DNA of 64,000 bases from Octopus vulgaris (lineage: Eukaryota), in the NCBI GenBank assembly GCA_951406725.2, contig OX597828.1, positions 15,252,001 through 15,316,000 on the forward strand. Reading direction: 5' to 3'. Below, in pieces: positions 49,424 to 62,978 of the stretch. A model generated the notes under the pieces. The model did not search any database. It was given only the letters and a program-made list of their open reading frames with translations, and was not told the DNA's origin. The position numbers and the translations under genes are program-made. Within the stretch, counting starts at the first letter, position 1, and each line of letters opens with the position of its first letter.

Positions 49424-50953
49424 ATTTCTATAAAGGGATATAGCTTCTGGCTGTTCAAATGCACACACATACACCAAGTATGTTATATTATTTAAAGCTT
49501 TCACTAAAAAGCAGCTTCTATTGCATAATTTGAATCTTATTCTGCTTACGGGGTGCCTTTGCAAATCAGTGTATAGTATATATATTATCTCTATATACTT
49601 TAAACTAGCTGATTTGATTTCCTTTCAAAAATGACAAGAGTCTCTGACATTGACAAGCTGAAACAACAGCAAAATATGTATTTGTGGCTCTCATAGCCAC
49701 TTCTGTGGTGATTTAATTTTGCCTGCTCTGAAGTGTCTCATGTTTTTTTAACACAATATATCTATAAAGGGATTTTTCCCAGATGAAAACTGCAGCTACT
49801 GACTTTTCAATGACATACATGTTAGGGTAAAAACCCCCTTCAGTCATGAATGACCATGGGATTGCACCTAGAAAATTACCCTCCAAGATATAAATCCGGA
49901 CGACCAGCAGTTGGCCATGCATACCAGCCTCCACTTTCCATACCACCAATGTTATCCAAGGGAAAGGCAAAGGGACCGATACAGCTTGGCACCATTGACG
50001 TGCAACTCATTTCTACAGTTGAGTGAACAGGAGTAACATGAAATAAAGTGTCTTGCTCAAGAACACAACACATAGCCCAGTCAAACTGAATCAAACTGAC
50101 TACCTCATAATTGTGGGCACAATGCTCTAACCACTGACCCATGTGCCTTCACATGTTAAGTATGTTATATTGAAAAAGCTTTTGCTATAGAGCTTTTTTT
50201 ATTGCACAGTTTGACTTTTATTCTGCTATTGCAGCATCTTTGCAAGCCATTTATATTTTCTAACACTGTTGTTCACCCAGATTTACTTACACACATTCAT
50301 ATATAAGCTCAGCATGTAATGTGATATGCATGCTGTTGGAAAGACTTCCACTGGTCTGGGTTAACCATATATTTACATCTGAATACACAGACCTGGACAA
50401 AATTTTTTGAGGAAGACTGACAGCTGCCCATGTATAGGAGTTGCTCCTCGCAACACCAACAATATTGTAAGGGAAAAGCCACTGTTTTAGGGCTGGTGCA
50501 GGTTGATACCAATGTTAGATCACAAAGAGCCAGAACACAGACAACACAAGGCATCTCATTCAATGCTCTAAAAGTTCCGCCAACCCACCACTCTTGATTA
50601 CTACATTTTTATCGACCCTGAAAGCATAAAAGGTGAAGTTTACTTCAGTCAGATTTGAACTAAATGTACACAGAGTTAGGACAGATACTGCAAAGCATTC
50701 TATCCAATATTCTAAAAACTTTGCCAGTCAACTACTTATACAGGTTATGCATACATTTACGTATATTGGTTTCAAATCTTGGTGCAAGACCAGCAAGTTC
50801 AGGAGATGTAGTTTAGTCAATTACATCAACCCCAGTGCTCAACTGGTACTTATTTTATTGACCCCCAAAAGGATGAAAGGTAAAGTTGACCCCAAAGAAA
50901 TCTGAACTCAGAATGGTAAAGATGGACAAAATACCCCTAAGCATTTTGTCCAG

Positions 50954-51187
50954 AAGGCAGCGAGCTGGCAGAAACATTAGCATGCCGGGTGAAATGCTTA
51001 GCAGTATTTCATCTGCTGTTACATTCTGAGTTCAAATTCCGCCGAGGTCGACTTTGCCTTTCATCCTTTCGGGGTCGATTAAATAAGTACCAGTTACGCC
51101 CTGGGGTCGATATAATCGACTTAATCTGTTTGTCTGTCCTTGTTTGTCCCCTCTGTGTTTAGCCTCTTGTGGGCAATAAAGAAATAA
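50954..51187 (+). mobile_element. tRNA-derived SINE family B with a Nin/Deu-like core (representative copy)
   Basis: Head aaggcagcgagctggcagaa..gagttcaaattcc and core gtcgactttgcctttcatcctttcggggtcgat..aagtaccag. Dozens of copies, e.g. 11769-11985, 12712-12920, 20780-24590 (cluster), 37163-37560, 44057-44260, 56295-56670, 61022-61435, 63167-63390. Confidence 0.9.
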
Positions 51188-54100
51188 GCATTTTGTCCAG
51201 TATGGTAAATATTCAGCCATCTTGCCACCTTATAATGGCAATGTATTGACATAGATATTAGTTTCTGTGCCTCATCTCAAATCTTGCTACAGTCAATAAA
51301 AGATTTATGTTAAAATTAAATCCATCAGCTGATGAACTAAATTTTCTCCTACAAAAATCACATTATGTTAAATTAAAGTCATCATCATTTAATCCACTTT
51401 TCTATGCTTACACGAGTCAGACAGAATTTGCTGAGGCAGATTTTCTATGGCTGGATGCTCTTCCTGAAATCAACCCTCACCTGTTTCCAAGTGAAATATT
51501 TTCTCATAGCTAGTCATGTTTCTCACAGAAGACTGCAAACGAACAATCTTGTTTGTATGATGATGGTGATACTCATATACAAACAGCATACAACATCTAG
51601 ACAAGTGTAAACACACACACACACACGGCAGGCTTCTTTCAGTTTCTGCATACCAAATCCACTCACAAGGTTTTGGTTGACCCAGTATTATAATAGAAAA
51701 CACTTGCCCAAGGAGACGTAACCAAATCAAAATCGGTTGTCGAATGTTGGAGTAGGAAAATCACACGCTCACACACACATGTATACATATATACAATGGG
51801 TTGCTTCTAGTTACAGCCCACCAAATCCATTCACAAAGCTTTGGTCGGCCTGGGGAATAGTAGAAGACACTTGCCCACGGTGCCATGCAGTGTGACTAAA
51901 CCCAGATCACATGGTTGGGAAGCGGGCTTCTAACCATATAGCCACGCCTGCGCCTATTATATATTAAATATGCCATCTGCACGAAAAATAATAGTTGAGT
52001 TAATTTTTATTAGCCTCATCGATTTACGTTAAAATACGGGAGTTCCTCTCCATTCCGCCTACATAGTCTGGTCTTGGCTGTTGTCAAAGACAACAAACTG
52101 AAACTATGTAAGACAGTGGGCGTGGACTTCGGTTTGACAATGAGTTATATTGTTAGACGATATCCTGAAAAATTTTAAGTTGTTCTTGGTTTTTGCCGAC
52201 AACACACATTTTGACTGTGTGCTATGGTACAGTTCTTGAATAACGTTGTGCATTGAATGAAAGTTACATATAGTTTACAGATAAATTATTCCTTTAAATG
52301 ATACTGACTTTCTGACAGAATGCGGGTCAAAGGAAAGCAGAACCAGACATTCACTAAATATATTTTTTCGTCTTTTTTTTTTTCCTTTTCATTTCTTCCC
52401 TCATCTTACTAACATTTTTCTCCTTTTACTCCAGTCATGTATTTTGATATTATTTTTAAATCAGAATGCGAGAGATAGAACTAAAGTGGAAACAAAAATT
52501 GTGTAAGAGAAGTTGTCAAACATAAGTGACCTTTATCTGACAGAGGTTTAGTATTTTTTCTCACAAAGTGCAAAGCTTAATTTGAATAGGGAAAGTTGTG
52601 TATGTTATCGCCTAAGTCGACCCCAGTGATATTTGAATACCGAATTATATCGAGGGAACAGACGTAATGGTGATAGCGACAGTAGAGTTTTCATGAATTA
52701 ACCACTAACCCACCGATGAATTATATTTCCGTACTATCTCCTTGTAGATCAGAAGAAAAAAAACAATCCAATTTCCTTATATTTATACCCTATCTTTGAA
52801 AAGAGAAGAGACATAGATAGACAATGCGGGAGAATGCCTGTGGTAACATTTCAGCTTAGACAGATCCGACCTGGGATTAAACAGCAATAACAATGATATC
52901 TGTGTCTCCGACCTAACAAACCGTGAACCGCCCACGTCCAAATATACCCGCTTCATTTCTGCTATTATCTGCTGTATCTCGCTCTATATAACTTTGCACT
53001 AACTTTCCAGTACTTGGATCGCTTTAGAAAACAACATTCGGGAATTCCCTCCTTGTACACAATATCTTTATAATCATCGATATCCAAAAACCTAATTCCA
53101 ATAGCAATCAGCCACTTTGACCACATAATCTGGTAGGGCCGCTACTAGAGAGCTACGAACTCAACCCTTCTTAATCGAACTAACTACAAACGAAATGGGT
53201 ATGGTGTCTCAGAATGCCGATCCTGGATCCACAACCCCGAGAGTTGTAGGGACAAACTGTGCTTGTTTTTAACACTTATGTATATTGATTAAGAGCTACA
53301 GAACTGATTTTAGTTCGGCACTCAAGGTTTTCCGCCTTTTTTCGTTTTTTTTTTCTTTAGTTGATAAGTTTTTGTATAGTTGCTATGTGTGTGTGTGTGT
53401 GTGTATAGGTTATATCTATATATATAGATATAACCTATTATTATGCACTCATTAAATGTGAAATTACCGTAACGTATTTGTCAGTTAAATACTGACTGTG
53501 GCAGGGTGTAACACTAGCAAGGTGTGTATGTATATATATGTATGTGTTGTGCATCTGTCCGAAAAAAAAAACACACTATCGAAAAAATTTTTTAGGCAGT
53601 AAAATTTAATATAGTTGTTAGTTATGGCCGGTCATATGAGGAACCCGATTCCGAGAAGTTTAGTGATGGCCTGACTTTATCAAAAAGAAAGAAAAAAAAA
53701 AACAGTATATGAAATTCGCAAATATGGATAACTTGTTTAGCCCCAGGCCGATTGTGATCAAAAAGATATATGATCAAAGCATGCTCGCAATCACCATCAC
53801 GTCTTGTGTATGTGCCAGACTGTGATCTCGGGTCGTGTTATAGAATGTGCATTTAAATAAAAAGACTCTATGGTGTTGCTTGAAGGAGGTTCGGGTGGGG
53901 CTCGTTCTGTTGGCTTACATAATTAATAAGTTTGTAAATCGAGGTTAATTCACGAATCCTAACGCAGGGCAGGGCAGGGCAGGGCAGATAAAGGGCAGGC
54001 CCCAACTCTACCGAACGTGGCTACACTTTACAGTAGAAGCGTAGGGATTCTAAAATCTTCACGACATGCTAATGTTTCTTTCTCATAGGTTAATAAATAT

Positions 54101-54243
54101 ATCATCCTAAAAAGGAGAAAAACAACGTGTTTTTCACGTGCACTAATTTTTTTTCAAAAATGGAGATCGCTGCCGCGTCACGCCTTATTCCATACAGTAA
54201 GCTAAAGATAGTTAATTATATATATATATACATATATATATAC

Positions 54244-54293
<50 letters not shown>

Positions 54294-55569
54294 CAGAATG
54301 ATAATACAACAGAAGGGGATTATAAGTGATTATATAAATATTTTCAAACTGATTAGTGGTGTTTAAAATTATTTAATCAACAAAATGCGAAAATCGTACG
54401 ATGTTGGATTGTTTAAGGAATTCTGGTAAAAGGAAAGTGTCAAATGACATAACTTCTAGAGCAAATGTATTCTATATATATACAGCTAGATATAGACACA
54501 CACTCACATCGGTAAACCTGTTAAAAAGCCAGATACAGTCTGGTGCACTGGAGCGAAGAAAAAAAAATGTTCTTTCTTGTGTTAGTACAGACTTTAATCA
54601 GACGAATAGTCTCAAAAATGTATAGGTTGAGGAAGTTAAAAACCAAAGAGAAGCAAATTTAAACAAAGGTAGCTGAGTAAGTAATCATGAGGACCGTTTG
54701 CCATAGATACCCTAATTTGTGTTAACAACAAAGAGAAAAATACCCGTTTTCAACGGTTGACGAACGTTACATATATATAAATGTGTGTGTGTATAGACTC
54801 ATATCGAAGGAAGTTTGATGAAATGTGTTGTATGCGCGCTAAAAGCGGCAAAAATCAATTTAATAAATTAATGACAAAATGTTAAATTATAGCAAAGACT
54901 GAAGTGGAGAAGATCAATTAAAATCAATTAAAAAATTAAAAGATATTTAAGTGACAATGTGAGATTAATGATAAACTGCTAGATAATAAATATTAAAGTA
55001 GTCTATCGGTGTTAGAACTGTAAAAATAAAAGCAAACAAAACACTATTATCTCGACGTAAGTACAATAAAACCTGATAAAACAAATCTGAAGTAAATTTA
55101 AGTATCCTTATCTCCTAACTCATACAAACAACTGTATTTCTTCTACAGGTGAATAATTTCTTTTAAGCTCCTTAGACATCGAGTAAATAAAGACAAATAT
55201 CTTAAAAGCCCCACTTACTTACTACAAAACAAATTACTTATTTGAACTTGCACTCTATGAATAGTTTAAATCTAATCCATTAAAAGCATATATGGAAAAA
55301 AGATTAGATAATATTAGATCTACAAGTAGATTAACAATTCTGATATCAAACTATGAAGGTTAATTTAATTAATGAACTTATTTTAACGAAATACGCAAGC
55401 AACACACACGCACTCTTACACATAATCGCAAACATGATATTAAAATAAAGTAACTCATTCCAGCAATGATTGATAAGATTCACTTGAAATCTACATAACA
55501 AACAATAATGTTTTGATAATTAATATATGAGACAGTATCAACATAGATCAGGGTGGACTAACGACTTAC

Positions 55570-55820
55570 CTTATCTCGAATTTATCTACTGTTTACTTAG
55601 CACGTACGAACCTGTTACACTCTATTTACAGATGGATAAATAAAATATACACACATGCACGAACACATTATATATATAAAGCGAAAAATAAATAAATAAA
55701 AATGACTTGGCATCGTGAAAAAAATTAACGTTACGTAATTACCTCCCCTTTAATCAGACCGGTTACTTTTGTATTGCGAACATTCTCACTAATTACAGAC
55801 TTCGAGACGTGCGGCACTGG
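55570..55820 (-). promoter_or_regulatory. Candidate non-coding first exon / promoter region of the anoctamin gene
   Basis: Consensus donor AAG|gtaagt at 55569 within a TE-poor stretch (~52-56 kb) that retains more CpG than the surrounding DNA. The upstream boundary is a guess. Confidence 0.3.
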
Positions 55821-56167
55821 TTAGTTTAGGAGTGAAATAAAATTTAAGGAAAAGCCAAAAACCAATCCTTCTTCGTTTTATAGGTTAGATGAACGATATT
55901 GTGGCATCGAACACGTAACCTAACTGAAAATAGAAAAGCTAATAAGGATGGAATGAATAAGAAGCGGCTTTGTAATTATACGCTTGTAATTATTTTAATT
56001 ATATAATTAATGACACGCACACACACACTCAATAAAATAATGCTTTAAAAATACTAATAAAGTAGGTAAGTTCATGCATGCTTTTGGTTAGCTATATAGA
56101 TATATCTATATATTTAATATAGCTAAGCAAAACCAATTGTCACTCTGACCAACCATAACAATCAACT

Positions 56168-56292
56168 TCATACATACATACATACATACATACATACATA
56201 CATACATACATACATACATACATACATACATACATACATACATACATGCATGCATGCATGCATGCATGCATGCATGCATGCATGCATGCATA
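56168..56292. repeat. (CATA)n-(CATG)n tetranucleotide repeat
   Basis: Direct inspection. The (CATG)n part is self-complementary. Confidence 0.95.
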
Positions 56293-56971
56293 CTATTCTT
56301 TTCTACTTTAGGCACAAGGCCCGAGATTTTTTGGGGTGGGAGGCCAGTCGATTAGATCGACTCCAGTACGCAACTGGTGCTTAAATTATCGGCTCCAAAA
56401 GTATGAAAGGCAAAGTCGACCTCGGCGGAATTTGAACTCGGTACGTAAAGACAGACGAAATACCTATTTCTTTACTACCCAAAAGGGGCTAAACACAGAA
56501 AGGACAAACAAACGGATTAAGTCGATTACATCGACTCCAGTACGTAACCGGTACTTATTTAATCGACCCCGAAAGGATGAAAGGCAAAGTCGACCTCAGC
56601 GGAATTTGAACTCAGAACGCAATGACAGACGAAATACCGCTAAGCATGCTAACGTTTCTGCCAGCTCGCTTACAAAGGACTATAAATAACATCCGTTTTC
56701 CGTCACGCACACATACACACATGGCAAGCTGTTGGTCGTTTCACGGTTAGGGGAATACACACGTGCCAAAGCTGTCACATGGTGGGATCGAACCGGGAAT
56801 TATATGGTTGCACGCACACATACAATACACATACGTATGCACTTATGTACCTAGGATACGCTAAGTATTTGTGAACAAACTTTAGCATGTAATAAATGGA
56901 AGATGGCTTATTGTTATATTACACGGCATACACCAAACTTAAATTTTCTCATTTCTTTTCTAGACGTATGG

Positions 56972-57652
56972 CAAAAATTTGGGTAAATTTTTATAGTAAC
57001 AACCGCATGATTTTCGCTAAGAGAAAGAAAACTCGGATTTTTTTTTTTTTTTTTGCGTGGAATCAATTACTCTGACCTCCTAATATGCTGCTAATTCCTT
57101 GTTTTGGTTTGGAAGAGACGGGGTGAAGGGGAGACCCCTCATTTTTTCGGTTTTTTTTTTTTTTTCGTTGAATGAATTCCTGTGACCTAATACGCTACAA
57201 AACCCTTGTGGGGGGAGGTGCGAAAAACGGGGTGGGGTGAGGTGGAAGCCTCGAAAATTTCACCCCCACTCCTATTGATCTTTTCACCCGCACAATTTTC
57301 ACTAAGTAAAAAAATTTTCTTTTTAATCGCGCCCAAACTAATTTTTGTGTGTGGGCGAGGGAGAAAGATAAACGATTTAAAATAAATATATTTTAATTGT
57401 TCTGTGAGAGAATATATATATTCTAAGAAAAAAAAACATTTTAAGGAAATAAATTTTCCAGAGTGAATTACATGGTTCATTATTAATATATCCCCCCTCG
57501 CCCCCGTCCCCACCTTTTTCCGAACCAAAATAAAGGATTTACAGCATATTAGGAGGTCAGGGTACTTGATTCCATGCAAAGGATTCGAATTTTTTTTTTT
57601 TTTCGTTAGTGAAAATCGTGCAGGTGATGACATAAAAAATTACCAAAATTTG
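56972..57652. mobile_element. Fold-back/MITE-like element with ~160-bp imperfect TIRs
   Basis: ~56972-57135 is the reverse complement of ~57495-57652 (e.g. tgacctcctaatatgctg / cagcatattaggaggtca). Confidence 0.7.
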
Positions 57653-58363
57653 ACTAAAAAAATGGAAAAGGCACTCTGTGTTCATGATTCTAACCGCCAA
57701 TAACCATGTTTGGAAAAACGGCAGCTTCTTGCCTGAGAGTAGGTTTCTTCATGGCCAAACTCAAGAAAAGCTGGAAACCTCTCCCAGGAACGAGTTACTC
57801 TTGGTAAAGAAAGGGCAAGACATTCTTGATGGTCAGACATCACTGGGTGGCTAATTTGGGTCAGAAAGTTGAAAGCATCATCGACAACGACCCTCGTGAA
57901 TCAGGGACATGCATAGTGACAGACTCTATCATCAGATGTGTGGGGACCCATCTGTGTAGTTAGAAGTTTGCTTCTCAACCACCTGGTATTGAGTTGTCCC
58001 ACTGTGTGGGCCCCTTATGCACAAGCGTCTCCTTAGGGTTATAGTAGAAGACACTTGCCCCAGATGCCATGCAGAAGAACCTAAAACTTCTTAACTGCAC
58101 AGCCATGCCTGTGCCTATAGATATATTTATATATAGATAGATATATACAGGCGTTGCTGTGTGGTAAGAAGCTTGCTTCCCAACCACATGGTTTTGGGTT
58201 CAATCCCACTGGGCAAGTGTCTTCTACCATAGTCTTGGGCTGACCAAAGCCTTGTGAATGGATTTGGTAGATGAAAACTGAAAGAAGCCCATGTGACCTC
58301 GTGTGTACCGTTGGCGATTTGTTTTCCTCTGTCTTCCCTTCTCAGGATCTTTCCTTCTCCTAT

Positions 58364-58398
58364 GTTTCCGACAAAGAGCTCCGCTCGAAACGTTAAAC
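58364..58398 (+). ncRNA. Degenerate minimal type I hammerhead motif
   Basis: GTTT-CCGACAA-AGAGC TCC GCTC-GAAAC GTT-AAAC. Stems I and II and the palindromic AACGTT stem III are present, but the CUGANGA box is mutated. Confidence 0.5.
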
Positions 58399-59000
58399 CC
58401 TCCTTCTTCCCTTCTTTTCTGAGCGTCCAATAATACTATATTTGTTCCACGTCCTCGCGTTGTTGTGTTTTTTTGTGTTTTCTTGTTTGGATTAACTATA
58501 TATATATATATACATACATACTATGTATGTATATATATAGGATTGTGGTTTTGATTTCCAGACCGGGCGTTGTGTGTGATTATTGAGCAAAAACACCTAA
58601 AGATCCACGCGTCTCCAGCAAGGGTTGGTGGCGACCCCTGTTGTACTCTTTCGCCCCAACTTTCTCTCACTCTTTCTTCCTCTTTCTTGAGTAACGCTGC
58701 AATGGACTGGCGTCCCGTCCAGCTGAGGGGAACACATATGCCATAGAAACTGGGAAACCAGGCCCATGAGCCTGGCTAGGCTTGAAAAGGGCACATAAAT
58801 AAAAGAAATATAGGCACAAGGCCTGGAATTTCGCAAGAGGGGGCTAGTGGATTACATAAATCCCAGTGTTCAACTGGTACATATTTTATAAACCCAGAAA
58901 GGATAAACTCAGAACATAGAGATGGACAAAATGTGGATAAGCTTTTTGTCTGGCATGTTAATTTTTCTGCAAGCTTGACAACGACGATGATAATAATAAT

Positions 59001-59715
59001 TGTTTGGGGTGATTCATCGTGAAGCAGGAAATAATAGTAAATTAACTAACATTCAGTCAGTCAGAATCTGCCAGCCATATGTCAGAATCTCTTTGTCACT
59101 GCCAGAACAAAAGCTTTCTTCTTTGTTTCAGATGCAGAAGGCAGGCATGAACTGAAGGACCTGTTTTTTTGAACTGGTAGGAAGCGAGTCATTTCTGATA
59201 GCATTTCTGTTGGCTTGACTTCTGTATCCAACAGAAAGGAGTAGTGCTCCAGAAAGTGGTCTCTAAGTTTGCATTTTTTTTGCCTTCTGCACCTGGAACA
59301 AAGAAAAATGGTTGAAATTACCAAAATACAACTTTAACAAGAAATAACTTCCAAAATACAGAATTTTCTCAGCAATGCCAAGAGTAAAAGATGTTTTATG
59401 TGAAACATTCTACAAGTATACGAAGTTTGAAATTGTTTAGTTACAAAAAATTATTTTTTAAATCTGTCGGTCAAAAGGTAAAGACCCGAAAAATGCTTTT
59501 GTTCTGGCAGTGACAAAAAGGTTCTCCGGCAGGGGGTGGTGATCCCTGCTGTACTCTTTCACCACAATGGCGGTGCCCCAGCATGGCCACAGCTCAAGAG
59601 CTGAAACTGGAAAAACAAAAAACAAAAAACAAACATACATGGCTAAAAGTTCTAACTGACTGACTGTTAGTTAGTTTGCTATTGTCTCTTGCACCATGAT
59701 GAATCACTTCAAACA
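59001..59715. mobile_element. Fold-back element with ~115-bp TIRs, right TIR interrupted by an insertion
   Basis: 59001-59114 matches the reverse complement of 59495-59525 plus 59634-59715. Confidence 0.7.
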
Positions 59716-61452
59716 TTTATCATAATTGTCATTGTTACTTCTGCCATTATTATCAATGCTTAGTAGGGACGTTTGTTTGTTCAATTCGTTTGGGGTATAA
59801 GTGACACACGGTACGCTGTATAAAGTAGTTGGTGAATCAAGCAGAGACAACACAAGGTTTGAGAGGACTCTTTAGTCTTGCTGAGGTTAAGATTAAGACA
59901 ACCTTTGTAGTGCTGGTGCTATGAAAAAATACATCCAGCACACTCAGTAAAGTGGTTGGTGTTAGGAATGGTATCTATTAATACAAACTATTATGAAACT
60001 GAGACATTGGATTAAGAGATGGTCCTCCAACTCATTGGATCCGCTCAAACCATACAACTCACGTCAGAAAGGGGAGCTAACAAAAAATGGTGATGATAAT
60101 GACTCACAGACAACAACAAAAGTACTAATATACTAATACACTACTTATTAAGTTTTGTTCATATTTTCGTATTTAATACAAATAAGTGGCACAACTGTAG
60201 TTGTGAAGTACAACCCTTTCCAGATTACTGAATTTTTTTTAACCAGGGGTGGTCACCTTGGTCAATACACTCTAAATTGAACAAATATTAAATTTACTTA
60301 AATAATCAAATGAAGTACTGGTACATGTACATTCGTATAAATGATGCAAGTTTAATACTGTACTGTGCAAGGTACTGTGAAACAGGGATTCCAGGTAAAC
60401 TAGTCTAGTAGATGTGGGAATTTGAAGTTCCTGCTCAAGGTGCCACACAGTGGAACTGAGCCCAAAACCAGATGGTTGCAAAGGGACCTTCTTACCCACA
60501 TGGTCATGTCTGCACCTGTAATAATAATAATTTCTAATTTAGGCCATCAGCTTTGAGCAAAAGGTGTTAGCTGGTTAAATTGATTTTGGTCCTTGACTGG
60601 TACTTTATTTTATTGACTCCAAATAGATGAAATGTGAAGTTGATTGATCTGAACAGGGTTTGAACTCAAAATCAAAAGAGCTGGAAGAAATACCACAAGG
60701 TATTTTGTTCTATGCGCTAACAATTATGCCAGACCACTGATCTGCTACAAAAAATAGCAGCCAAATCCCCCTAACACCACGTGTCTTTAAAAAAGGGAAA
60801 GACACATTAATGTAGTCTTACATTATAACAGGATAATGACAGCATGGCTAGTTTTGGTTATATAGACTCAGGCATGGCTGTGAGATGGAGAAGCTTGGTT
60901 TCAGTGTGGTTTCAGGTTCAGTCCCATTGTGTGACACCTTGGGCAAGTGTCTTTTACTATAGCCCCAGGCTGATCAAAGCCTTGTGAGTGGATTTGGTAG
61001 ACAGAAACTGAAAAGAACCATAAGGCGGTGAGCTGGCAGAAACTTTAGTACGCCGGGCGAAATGCTTAGCGGTATTTCGTCTGCCACTATGTTCTGAGTT
61101 CAAATTCCGCCAAGTCGACTTTGCCTTTCACCTTGATTAAATAAGTACCAGTTACACACTGGGGTCGATGTAATCGACTTAATATATTTGTTTATCCTTG
61201 TTTGTCCCCTCTGTTTCTAGCCCCTTGTGGGTAGTAAAGAAATAGAAATAGGTATTTCATCTGCCGCTACGTTCTGAGTTCAAATTCCACCGAGGTCGAC
61301 TTTGCCTTTCATCCTTTCGGGGTCGATTGAATAAGTACCAGTTACACACTGGGGTCGATATAATCGACTTAATCCGTTTGTTTGTCCTTGTTTGTCCCCT
61401 CTGTGTGTAGCCCCTTGTGGGCAGTAAAGAAATAAGAAACTAAAAAGAACCT

Positions 61453-61532
<80 letters not shown>

Positions 61533-62300
61533 GTGTGTGTGTGTGCATGTGCTACTGTCACCTTGTCTTGATATCATGTTGTGAACAAGTGTCACTGTCA
61601 TGAAATTGGTGTTCTATATTTGTTATCTTCTGCAAAGACATCTGACCATGGTGAAATATTATCTTATTTGGAAACAGATAAGGATTGGCAACAGGAAGGG
61701 TGTTCTCACTAGAAAACCCACATAAAGAAATTCCATCCAACTGTGGGCGCTAAAATGATGATGATGATAAATGCTAATGAATTACACTGCTTATCAACCC
61801 CAAAGAGATAAATGGCAGTGTTGAACTTGGTTAGATTCGAACTCAGAATGCAGAGAGTTGGAACAAGTAACATAAGGCACTCAAACCACAGCTCTACCAT
61901 TTTACTACTTAATAAAAAATAGAAAAAAATAAATGAGTACATATGCGTGTGTGATGGGGTATCCTGTAATCGCCCACTTACGAATCTTATGATGTAATTT
62001 ATCTAGAGCAACATAACACAGAACAGCCCATCCTTTTCTCCTTTTCAAAGCCATACCCATTGTATATTTTGAATTCCTATGTCTGTAGGCTTAATAAAGC
62101 ACTTACTGTCACTTACAGTGATGAACTGTTATATGATATGGTATCATCCAGGTGGACTGTGGCATTTGAAATTGTAACTTTGTGACAAGTTGTAGGATAT
62201 CATATTTTATTCATAAAACACAGCTCTTCCCCCTTCCCTCACATTATCTCATATACACACACACACACACTGTGTGTGTGTGTGTATTAAATATGTATAT

Positions 62301-62382
<82 letters not shown>

Positions 62383-62521
62383 AAATAAGAAAATGGAGAA
62401 ATATATCTAAATCATTCATCAACTATCAGATAATACCGAATCATATACTTTATTAAAACACTACACAAGAGCATTAAGATTAGACATTAATACAGTACAA
62501 TAAATATATATATATATATAA

Positions 62522-62978
62522 CATTGACCTCCTGGAATCTGTCCAGAGACGTGCAACCAAACGCATACCCTCCATCAGACACCTACCATATTCTGAGCGC
62601 CTTGTTTCCCTGGGCATGGATTCACTGAAGCTCCGGCGTCTGGCGACGGACTTGGTAAACACCCACAAAGTTATCAACCACCTCACCAACAACACTGAAC
62701 ACCTTTTTGATCTCCATGTGTCCAACACACGTGGACATGCCTACAAAGTCAGAAAACAACACAGCTCCCATGACTTTCGGAAACATTTTTTCATGCTCAG
62801 AGTTGCTGAAGCATGGAATAAACTGCCTGCGTCAGTTGTTGACTGCCATGACACTGCATCCTTTAAGGCCCTCATGCTTTCCGAAATCCGCCGAAACTAC
62901 ACCTGATTATATATACACTTTAGATGAGTTGTAGTGCACCTGAGCACTGTACACAATTATTATTATTATTATTATTAT
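62522..62978 (+). mobile_element. CR1-clade LINE 3' end (5'-truncated)
   Basis: IDLLESVQRRATKRIP..LPYSERL..L..LRR..DL..HK..NTRGH.YKV...RKHFF.LRV..AWNKLP, followed by a 3' UTR and an (ATT)n tail. Confidence 0.9.
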
